DNA from: a virus | Strand: one strand, 5' to 3' | Length of the DNA: 64,000 nucleotides | IMG/VR virus record: IMGVR_UViG_3300025832_000001 | Shown: positions 35,188 through 45,400 of the stretch, piece by piece | Numbering within the stretch: position 1 is the first letter of the stretch | Layout of the letters: each line of letters begins with the position of its first letter | The notes under the pieces: model-generated | What the model was told of the DNA's origin: nothing | Database searches by the model: none | Seen by the model: the letters and a program-made list of their open reading frames with translations, nothing else | Program-made: the position numbers and the translations under genes

Positions 35188-36663
35188 ATGGCGGCTATAA
35201 TAGAAGTAAAATATTTCAACTCTTTTCTATTGAAAAAGACTATTGGTAGTTCAAATAAATTACCTTTATGGAATGGCTCTAGAGGTATTCCTAAAGTTGG
35301 TAATATGCAGGGTGGTTATAGTCAAGTTGGAACAGCTTATAGTTCTACAGATAACTGGCTTGTAGAGGAATCTAGAATAAGAGGAGGTTATAATAATACT
35401 ATCGTTGATTTAGGGCCTAGAGCTTTTTTAGTAGAAGAAGAATTAAACGGCGTGCAGAGAATTAACTCGTTGATATATTCTGGAATATTTAATTCTAGAA
35501 CAGGTATAAATCAGACAAATGTTTTTCCAGTAGGTGAAGACATTAGCAAAAGTTTAGATCCTTCACAAGGTAGCATACAAAAGTTATTTGCTGAAAATAC
35601 GAACTTAACTATATTTCAAGAAAATAAAGTTAGCTATTCTTTAATAGATAAAGATGCTATATATACAGCTGAAGGTGGTGGTGTTCAAGTAAGTCAATTA
35701 AATTTAGTGTTAGGTCAGATAGTACCTTACTTAGGTAATTTTGGTATAGGTAAAAATCCAGAATCATTTGCAACTTATGGATTTAGAAAATATTTTGTTG
35801 ATCCAGATAGAGGTGCAGTATTAAGACTGTCTAGAGATGGTATAACTGAAATATCTAATTACGGTATGTATGACTTCTTTAGAGATGAATTATCTAATGT
35901 AAACACTAATACTAGTTCTGGAAATATGCCAGGTGGTTGGGATATACACAACAAACAATATGTGGTGTCTTTACAAAATACAGCTGACAGCAAGTTCAGC
36001 ACATTATCTTTCGATGAGTCAGTAAGGGGTTGGACTAGTTTTTTTACTTACAAACCAGAGTTTATGGTTAGTTTAAGAAATGATTTTTACAGTTTTAATA
36101 ACGGTATACTATATCAACACTATAGTGATTCTGTAAACAGAGGAAATTTTTATGGAGTAAATAATAATACATCTATAACATTTATATTTAACCCTAATGT
36201 TAGTATGTCTAAAAACTTTAAAACTATAAACTATGAAGGTAGTAATGGTTGGAGAATAGACTCTATAGAATCTGATCAAACTGGACCTGATAATTATAAC
36301 GGTGTTTATAGTAATGTTACAGATCTTACAGCTTCTATACCTAGTTATTTGGGGGGAGAATACATATTAAACCCAGTTACTAATGAGGTTGTTTACCCAG
36401 CACAGTATGGTACTGTATTTGGAAATGATAATCCTCCATATAATAGAAGCTACGCTGGGTTTGTTAGAAAAGAAAACAAGTATGTTGCAAACCTAATTAA
36501 TGCAACACCATCTACTCAAGGTGAAGTTATATTTGGTAACCAAATGAGTGGTATAAAAGGGTACTTCACAACAGTAACAATATCAACAGACGATGCAACA
36601 GCAGTAGGAGAAATTAAAGAATTATTTGCTGTCTCTTCTGAATATGTGCAGTCGGCTTATTAA
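35188..36663 (+). CDS. Hypothetical structural protein
   Basis: 491 aa ORF in the structural block. Confidence 0.45.
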   Translation: MAAIIEVKYFNSFLLKKTIGSSNKLPLWNGSRGIPKVGNMQGGYSQVGTAYSSTDNWLVEESRIRGGYNNTIVDLGPRAFLVEEELNGVQRINSLIYSGIFNSRTGINQTNVFPVGEDISKSLDPSQGSIQKLFAENTNLTIFQENKVSYSLIDKDAIYTAEGGGVQVSQLNLVLGQIVPYLGNFGIGKNPESFATYGFRKYFVDPDRGAVLRLSRDGITEISNYGMYDFFRDELSNVNTNTSSGNMPGGWDIHNKQYVVSLQNTADSKFSTLSFDESVRGWTSFFTYKPEFMVSLRNDFYSFNNGILYQHYSDSVNRGNFYGVNNNTSITFIFNPNVSMSKNFKTINYEGSNGWRIDSIESDQTGPDNYNGVYSNVTDLTASIPSYLGGEYILNPVTNEVVYPAQYGTVFGNDNPPYNRSYAGFVRKENKYVANLINATPSTQGEVIFGNQMSGIKGYFTTVTISTDDATAVGEIKELFAVSSEYVQSAY

Positions 36664-36673
36664 ATTAAATTAA

Positions 36674-37081
36674 ATGGATTTTAAAACAAGAACATTACTA
36701 GAGGAAGACTATAGTATGTTAGAAAACTGGTGGAAAGCTTGGGGCTGGCCAGCAGTAAGTAAAGATATACTACCAGACAATGGAACCGGTGGAGTGATGG
36801 TTGAATACAAAAATAAACCTATTGTAGCTGGATTTATATACTGGAGCAATTCTGGTTTATGTTGGTTTGATTGGGTCGTATCAGATCCTGAGGGCAACAA
36901 AAGAGCTAGACCTTTAGCTGTGAAACTTTTGATTGAAACAGTAGAGCAAATGGTAAAAGATGCAGGTAAAAAATGTATTATGTCAATAAGCAGAAGTAAC
37001 AGTCTGTTAAAGATACATAAAAAATTAGATTGGGTTGTTGATGAAACACCTTCTCACGAAATGATAAAAAGAATAATTTAA
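36674..37081 (+). CDS. Hypothetical protein; weak GNAT-acetyltransferase-like pattern
   Basis: 135 aa. The length and the alternation of beta strands and a helix (IVAGFIYW...WVVSDPEG...RPLAVKLLIETVEQMVKDAG) recall GNAT motif A, but the Q/R-x-x-G-x-G/A signature is absent. Confidence 0.25.
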   Translation: MDFKTRTLLEEDYSMLENWWKAWGWPAVSKDILPDNGTGGVMVEYKNKPIVAGFIYWSNSGLCWFDWVVSDPEGNKRARPLAVKLLIETVEQMVKDAGKKCIMSISRSNSLLKIHKKLDWVVDETPSHEMIKRII

Positions 37082-37093
37082 AACAATAAAAAT

Positions 37094-37771
37094 ATGGCAG
37101 TAGTATCAGCAGTAGCGGTAGGCGTAGGTATGGCAGCGACAGCAGTCGGTGGAGCCGTAGCTGCTAACCAAGCTAAGCAAGCGGCAAAAGGCTATAAGAA
37201 TGAAAAAGAAAGAGCTAGGGCAGAAATTGAACAAATAAAATCAGAGAGAACTCCTATAGTAAATCCATACGCTGGAGTTACTGATCTTAGTGGTATGGTA
37301 AGTAATCCATTCGCTAATTTAGGCGTTGCAACTCAAGCTGCTGAATTCCAAGCAGAACAAGCTGATATGTCTTTAGCTAGTAGTTTAGATTTATTAGCGG
37401 CAACAGGTGCTGGTGCAGGTGGTGCAACCGCTTTAGCTCAAGCTGCATTACAAAGTAAAAAAGGTATATCTGCTAGTATAGAACAACAGGAAGCTGCTAA
37501 CGAAAAACTTAGAGCACAAGGTCAAAGCGAGGCTGATAAGCTAAAGATGAGTGAACAAATGAGATTACAACAAGCAGATGCCGCTGGAATACAGTATGAG
37601 TTTCAAGCTAGAGAAGCCAGAACAAATGCTGATTTAGGTTTTGCCGCTGGTAATATGCAGCAAGCTGCACAAAATCAAGCAAACGCCAAAGCTGCTCAAG
37701 GTCAAGCTTGGGGTAATGCTTTAAGTGGAATAGGTGGTGGACTAATGGCTATTGGTGGAGCTGCAAAATAG
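37094..37771 (+). CDS. Internal virion/ejection protein candidate (A/Q/G-rich with hydrophobic termini)
   Basis: 225 aa. N-terminus AVVSAVAVGVGMAATAVGGAVAA and C-terminus GIGGGLMAIGGAAK are Gly/Ala hydrophobic segments. The centre is a Q/A/E-rich helix. Lies upstream of two large core-like genes. Confidence 0.4.
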   Translation: MAVVSAVAVGVGMAATAVGGAVAANQAKQAAKGYKNEKERARAEIEQIKSERTPIVNPYAGVTDLSGMVSNPFANLGVATQAAEFQAEQADMSLASSLDLLAATGAGAGGATALAQAALQSKKGISASIEQQEAANEKLRAQGQSEADKLKMSEQMRLQQADAAGIQYEFQAREARTNADLGFAAGNMQQAAQNQANAKAAQGQAWGNALSGIGGGLMAIGGAAK

Positions 37772-37790
37772 GTGTAAAAAATAAAAAAAT

Positions 37791-39470
37791 ATGAGCGCAT
37801 ACGATAACCCAAGAATAATAAACGATCAATCTGCTATGGCTTGGGCTAACGCCTCTGCTAAGGTTACACAAACTATGCTTCAAGGCATACAAAATGTAGT
37901 AAAGTTTAGAAACGAGCAAAAAGCTATTGCTGCCGCAAAGCAAGAAAAGTTCAATTCAGTGTGGACAGCAGCTTCACTTACTCAAAATAAAAACTTAACC
38001 GACGCTGTAACTACGGCTAAAGCTAATCCTAATGCTGACAAAACATTAATAGAGCAATTCCAAAGAATACAAGAAACGTTGATGCAAGGTGGTGAGGGTG
38101 TTATGGGTTCTATAGAAGCTCAAACTTTATTAATGACTAAATCTAATTTAAGTAGAGAAGAAAGAAACGAGTTACAAAATATAGTTAACAGGTCAAACAC
38201 AAACATGGCTTCAATAGTTAATGATGGTGGTAAAATAATGACTGATGTAGAGTTAATAAAGTCTTACGCTGGAAGCAGTGGTCCACAAAGAACTATGTTT
38301 TGGGAAGGTGGTAGCAATGGTGTTACAGGTCAAATAGCATCTCAACTAGCTGGTATGAGTTTAAGTAACATAGCTATAGACGGCGTTAAATCAACTAAAA
38401 AAGCAACACATACTTCTGAAGGTAATTTTGTAACAATAGAAAGTACATTAAAGAAAAGTAATGACTTAGTAAAAAATTTAGATCTTAATAAAGACTTTAT
38501 AAAAGATAACGGAGACGGTACAGTAACATTTAAGTGGCAAAAGAATATGTCACAGTGGGACGGCAATCTTCTTAACAAAACAGAAGATGGAACTGATTAT
38601 GATAAAATAGCTAAAGAACAAGGTATAGATGAAAATGGAGAACTAGCTAAGTCTTTTAGAACTCCATTAAACGCTATAACTTCAGTTGGTAAAGATGGTT
38701 ATCAAAACGTTATAAGCAGAGAGTTTGTAGATACACAGGCGCTGGATAACAAGTTTGAATCTACATTGAAAGGTAGAGCTGCAAGCATTTTAGGCATGGA
38801 TAACCCTGAAGCAATACAAGCGTACTTAGAACAAAGACTAGGTATGGGTGAAGTTAATATAAAGAAGTTTTTAGAAAAAACACAAGCTGATAAAGTTAAA
38901 ACTCTTACTGAATTAGAGATGGTTGCTATGCGAGAGCATTACGACTTAGTGCCTGAGGTAGATGGTATTGATGCTTTTGATAAAGAAGAGTTAAAAGATA
39001 AAATAAACCCTAAAACAGGTGTTAAATATACAGAGCAAGAATTAGCTAACATGGCTACTATGGGTGATCAACCTGGATTTAAGTTAGTTGTTAGAAAATT
39101 AAGTCAAGAAGATGTTGATCAAATTAATGAAGCTGGTATAAACGGTTACTCAGAAGGTATGGAGGGTTATTTTTACGAAACACTTTCTACAAAATCTACA
39201 CCAAAAAGTAACACTGGTACAACAACTCAATATGATAATGTTTTTAATAAATTATTTAAAGATATTAAAATGGATAATGCCGAATTAGAAAGTATTTTTG
39301 CGGATCCTAAACCAACACCAGCTACATACGGTCAATCGGGATTAAAAATTTATTATGGGTATGATAAAGACAAAGAATATGTTCGTAAATATGCAAAAAA
39401 TGCTGCAGGAATATATGAGTTTACGGGTAATGAAATACCTCAATCAGTACTAAAAACAATATATAGATAA
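37791..39470 (+). CDS. Internal virion/core protein candidate
   Basis: 559 aa ORF. Its stop lies 1 nt before the ATG of the giant gene. Confidence 0.4.
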   Translation: MSAYDNPRIINDQSAMAWANASAKVTQTMLQGIQNVVKFRNEQKAIAAAKQEKFNSVWTAASLTQNKNLTDAVTTAKANPNADKTLIEQFQRIQETLMQGGEGVMGSIEAQTLLMTKSNLSREERNELQNIVNRSNTNMASIVNDGGKIMTDVELIKSYAGSSGPQRTMFWEGGSNGVTGQIASQLAGMSLSNIAIDGVKSTKKATHTSEGNFVTIESTLKKSNDLVKNLDLNKDFIKDNGDGTVTFKWQKNMSQWDGNLLNKTEDGTDYDKIAKEQGIDENGELAKSFRTPLNAITSVGKDGYQNVISREFVDTQALDNKFESTLKGRAASILGMDNPEAIQAYLEQRLGMGEVNIKKFLEKTQADKVKTLTELEMVAMREHYDLVPEVDGIDAFDKEELKDKINPKTGVKYTEQELANMATMGDQPGFKLVVRKLSQEDVDQINEAGINGYSEGMEGYFYETLSTKSTPKSNTGTTTQYDNVFNKLFKDIKMDNAELESIFADPKPTPATYGQSGLKIYYGYDKDKEYVRKYAKNAAGIYEFTGNEIPQSVLKTIYR

Positions 39471-39471
39471 T

Positions 39472-42400
39472 ATGGAAGAAGTTTATATCATAGATGGTAA
39501 TGAATATACTCTAGCTGAAATACAAGACTTTGCTTCAGCGGCGGGTTTAGAACTAGAAGATTATTTATCTAAAAATAACATAAGTAAAAAAGAAATTAAG
39601 AACGCTGAACAAGATTTTCAAAAGGGTGTTGTAGACAATGTGGATGCAACTGTAACACCCAAAGCTCCGGAAGCATCCGAGACTCCAAGTACTATGGAAC
39701 AAGTTTTGGACGTTGGTTCTTTGGGCTCGTCATTAGCAAATCCCATACTAGGAATATCTAATTTATTTAGATTAGCTAAAAAATATGATAAAGGAGAAGA
39801 GGGTGATTTTAGTGTAACTGAAGAACTAAAAGATATACCCCAAAGGGTTTGGGCCTCAACATTATCAGTGGGTGAGACTTTATCTAATGTACCTGGTTGG
39901 TTAAATAGACTACAATTCAATATTGCTAAATCTTTTGCTGACGAGGAGTTTCAAGAAAAGTTTGACGAAATGAGCGCACAAGAACAAGATGATCTTGTAC
40001 AAAACATTTCCTCTGCTACAGCCGCTGCAACTCCTGGTGTTGGAGGTTTTATACCAGCTTTAGGTAAACCAGGAAGAGAAAAAGCAGCTGAACTTAAAGC
40101 ATCTGCTGAAAAATGGAGAGAAGATTTAGAAGAATATGATAAAACTATATTCCAAGCTTTTGCTCAAGGACAAGTAATAGAAGGTGTTACAAGAACTTTT
40201 GCTGGCGCTATGGAAACAATACCATCAATAGCTCAAGCTATGATACCTTATGTGGGTATAGGTAGTATAGTAGCTGGTCAAGCCGCTCAAGCTGATGCTG
40301 AAAATATAGAAAAAGGTGAAAAATTAAATACAAAAAATTTAATATATTCAACAATTATAGGTGCTTCTGAAGGTTTATTAGAAATTACTACTAAAAAAAT
40401 AGGTGGTAAAATGTTTAAGGATCTTGCTGGTAAAAGCAAAGAATATGTTAAGCAAACGCTTAAAGGTGTTACTCTAAAATTAAGTAAAGAAGCTGGATCA
40501 GAGGGTTTATCAGAGTCTGCTACGTTAACCATTAATAAAGCTGCTGATATGCTTATTATGGGTGATGAAAAAGCTTTTGAAAACTATTGGTTAGAACTGG
40601 CTGATACTTTTATAATAGGTGCTGCAACTGGTGGCGGTATGAGTGGTACAGGTACTGCTGGTATTATAATCAGGGATGCTCAAGCAAATAATTCTATGCG
40701 TAGAAGTATTGAAGATAGTCAATACAACTCAATATTTGAGGCTTTTGATGGAACTGAAATTACAGATGATAAAATTAAATTAGCTGAAAATAAATTTGCT
40801 AATAGAAAATTAGAATTAGAATTAAAGCAAAAAGTATCATCAGGTGACTTAACAATAGAACAAGCTAACGATATAAAAATAAATTTTAGATCAACTCAAG
40901 GAGCAGTTAATATAGCTAAAAACCTAAAAATACAAGGTCCTTTATTAAAAGAAACAGTACAGTTATTGGAAGAAAGCTCTTTACTTAGAGCTGAAATAAA
41001 AAAAGCAGGTGACAACAAAGCTTTAGTAGATACACAAAAGAAAAAATTAGTAGAAATAGAAAATAGATTAGGGCAAATAAGTGCTGAAAATCAATTAGCT
41101 ATATCTACAGAAACAATAACTGATTTATCTAAAGGAGTTGAAGGTTTAACTGTTTTCACGGTTGAAAATGCTAAAGAAGCTGAAACATTATCTAAGGACC
41201 CTAAGTTTGACAACGTTGACAAGAAAGCGTTTGGACAACAAGGTTTTATATTGCAAAATAAAGAAACTGGTGAACAAACTATAGTTATAAATAAAGAGCA
41301 ATCAGCTAAAGATCTTGCTGTTGATGTAGCAAATCATGAATTTCTACATGCTTTATTATTTAAAACATTAAAAAATAGTAAAGGTACTGCTATAAATTTA
41401 GGTAAGGAATTAAAAACAGAGTTGTTTAAAATTGAAGGTATAGAAAATACTGAGTTTGCAGCTAGGTTAGAACAATATAAAGCAGATCCTGAGTCAGTAA
41501 AAATGGAGGAAGTTTTGACTTTATTTTCTGGAGCTATACAAACAGGTGATATAAAATTTAACCAAGGATTTTTTACTAAAGTTGGTGATATAATAAGAAG
41601 ATTTTTACAAAACGCTGGATTAAAAAACATTAAGTTTAACGAAGCTAAAGATGTTTATAACTTTATAAAAGATTATAATACAAGTCTAGAAAAAGGTAAA
41701 TTAACAAAAGCTCAGGAAAAATTATTTACTGAACGAGCTCAAGGTGATTTAGTTAAAAGAGAATATAAAACAAAAGATGATTCAACTGTTAAAGAGTCTA
41801 AATCTTTTTATGATAGCTTAACACCTGAAGAGTTGGTTCAAATTAAAAAATCTCCATCAAGCCAACCATCTGAGATTTCAAAAGCAGATAAAGCTTTGTT
41901 AAATCAATTTGATTTATTAGCTTTAAATGCTTTAAATTATGATACACGTAAAGGTGATTTTAAAAGAGAAGATGTTTTATCTGCTGCTAGAGAATTTTTA
42001 CCAGGTATAGTAGAAAGGTTTGATCCTAATACAGCTAAGTTTTCTACATTTGTAGACAACAATATGAGACCTAAACAACAGCAGATATACGAAGAGGTAA
42101 AAGGATTATCTCGTGAGGCTGATAGACTTGATTCTCCTGAGGCTAAAGAAATTGTAGCTGAAGAAACCGTTGTAGAAGAAAAACCAGTTGTTAAAGAGAC
42201 TAGAATTAATCCATTAAACTTTGACAAAGTAAACAAAGCGGAGGTTGAAGCTGTGGTTGATATAAAAACAGAAGAGATACCTGGTTTGTCTTTTAAGGAG
42301 GTTTCTGATAGATATGCAGGTAAAGCTGCGTCAAAAATATTTAACGTACCAGAAGCTAAAATAACTGATCCGAAGAAAAACTTAACATATGCTAAGAAAA

Positions 42401-45400
42401 TAGTAAATGGTATACCAGAACAATCAGAAGCTGGTAACATACAAGAGTTTTTTAGATCAGGGCAAAACGCTAGGAATTTTATAAGAATACTACCACCTGA
42501 AAATGTTAGTAGCTCTTCAGCAACTATAGACGAACAAGGTGAGAATATAGATGTGTCTAGAGACGTATTAGGTAGAGCTTTAGGTTTAAATAATAAACTA
42601 CTTAATTATTTTTATAATAAAACAAACAGAAGATCTAAAGGTAAATCATCTCAACCCACAGTGTGGGAGCTTAAAGAAGAATTTAAAAATCCTACATCAG
42701 AAATAGTAGACAAGTTTAAAACAGAGTTAGGTATAACACCAAGAGGTGAATTAAATCTATACGATAGAAACATAGGTCAATTATTGAAAGGTGCCGCTAA
42801 GTTACAAGGTCAAAATACAGCTAATGTTATTGCTCGTGATAAAGTAAAACAATCAACTGTAAAAACCGCTAAGCCAACTAAACAAATACTAGCTGACGTT
42901 GCTTCAAGTAAGTCTAGAGTTATGGCTGCAAAAGCTAAACCAAAATCTCCCAAACAATTGTCTAATGATATTAAAAAATCAACTAAACAAATTAGAGCTT
43001 TTGATAAGGTATCTGTAACAAAAGCAAGAGATGGAGGTAAAAAGGGTAGGGCATATAATAGAGACGCTAAGCTACCAGAAACTGTTAGAAGTTTTAAAGG
43101 TGAAACAATTATACAAGGTTTTAATAGAACTTTAAATAATTTTTCTGAAAGATTTCCGGGATACAACTCATACTTTAAAAATGCTTTGGTATTTGGTGAA
43201 ACAAGATCTCCATATGGTAAAGTTGATAGGTTTAAACAAGGTGTTGTAAATAAAGGAAAACAAAAAGATATTCGTAGAACACCTATTACTAAAGATAGAA
43301 AAATAACTAATGCTTATGCCAAATCTATTTTTGAAACTGGCTACGTAGCGAAAGAAAAAGCTAAATTAAATGTGTTGAAGGATTTTTATTTAGCTGCAGA
43401 AGCTTATTTAAAAGATAATCCTAAAGATATTTGGGTGTTTGATGAAATTACTTCTGCTGCAACTAATTCTCAAAATGCTCCTAACAGAGCTTTAGCACCA
43501 GCCCTTATAGTTCAAGTTGATTCTAATATGAAGCCTTTACAGGGTGTTAAAGGAATTGAAGAGCATACTGAGCCTCAAAACAACATAGGAACAATGTTAA
43601 CACAGGCCGCAAAAGATGGTAATGTGAAACAAATCTGGCCTATAGTAGAAGCATCTTACATGCAGGGTTGGATAGATTTAGATAATAACGATTTATTAGA
43701 TGTGGACTTTAAAACATCTATGCCTGAAGCATATTACAAAGGTGTTGAGCTTTATTTAGATGGTAAGTTAAAATTAGACCAAGGTTTACTATCTACAATA
43801 AGGTTAAGTGAGGCTGGTATAGATTTATCTAGTATGATGTATATACCTACTAAGCAAACCTTAGCTGAGTATTTTTTTGAAACAAACGAAGTTCCTGTAG
43901 AATTACAAAAAACTTTAATGAACGATTTATTCTCTGGTAATAAAACATTGAGAGAAATAAAAGATGAAGCATTATTTAATAGAGATGTTACTAATAGAGA
44001 AAATGAAACATTTAAACCAGACGCTAAGAAAGTTGTAGTAAAAAATAACAAAGCAGATAAAGCTATGGCTAATGCTAGAAGTAGTATTAAGTATTCTAAA
44101 AACAAAAAGAAAGCTAGAGTATTTGATTTCGACGACACGCTAGCTCAGTCAAACAGCAAGGTTATAGTAAACATGCCCGATGGTACTAGCAGAAAAATAT
44201 CTGCTACAGAGTTTGCAACAGAGGCTCAAGCTTTATTAGACCAAGGTGCTGAGTTTGATTTTGTACAATTTAATAAAGTTATTGATGGTAAAAAAGGACC
44301 ACTGTTTGAAGTCGCTAAAACAATACAAGATAAAAGAGGATCTGAAGACTTGTTCATATTAACGGCAAGACCTCAAGCTGCAGCTTTAAATATTAAAGAG
44401 TTTTTAGAAGGACTAGGTCTTAGTATACCTTTAAAAAATATAACAGGCTTAGCAGATGGAAGGCCAGAAGCAAAAGCAGATTGGTTTGTAGATAAATACG
44501 CTGAAGGTTATAATGATTTTTATTTCGCAGATGATGCTCTTAAAAATGTAAAAGCTGTTAAAAAAATATTTGATGTGCTTGATGTTAAATCTAGAGTACA
44601 ACAAGCTAGAATTAAATTTGCTAAATCACTAGATAGTGAGTTTAATAAGATGATAGAAAGAAATAAAGGTGTTAAGGCTCAAGCAACTTTTTCTGATATA
44701 AATGCCAGAAGAAAAGGTCGTAAACAAAAAAAATACGCGTTTTTTATTCCACCATCTGCTGATGACTTTAGAGGTTTAACAATGTATACGTTCGCTGGTA
44801 AAGGTAAACAAGGTGAAGCTGATCAAGCATTTTTTGACAAAGCTCTTATAAAACCTTACATGAAAGGTATTAATGCTATGGAAATAGCTAAACAAAGAAT
44901 AAGAAAAGACTATAGTGCTTTACTACAGTCACATCCTATTATTAAGAAACAATTAAAGAAAAAGTTTCAAGGAACTAAATACACTTTAGATGAAGCTACT
45001 AGAATATATTTGTGGAGTAAAGAAGGTTTTGAAATACCTGGTTTATCTAAAACAGATCAAAAAGATATTGTAAAGAAATTTGGTAAAGATGTAGATCTTG
45101 TAGCATTTTCAGAAGGAGTAAAACTTATAACTAGATTAGATCAATTTGTGGAGCCAACAGCTGCTTGGGACGGAACAACTATTATAGGTGATTTAAGTAG
45201 AGTTGGTAGAGATATAAACAGAGCTGAGTTTTTAAAAGAATTTACAGATAATGTAGATGAAATATTTAGTGATAAAAACTTAAATAAAATTGAAGCTCTT
45301 TACGGTTTTAGAGTTAGAGAATCTTTAATTAATATTATAGATAGAATGAAAACCGGTAGTAATAGATCAAGTGGTCAAGGCCGTATTGTTGCTAGGTGGA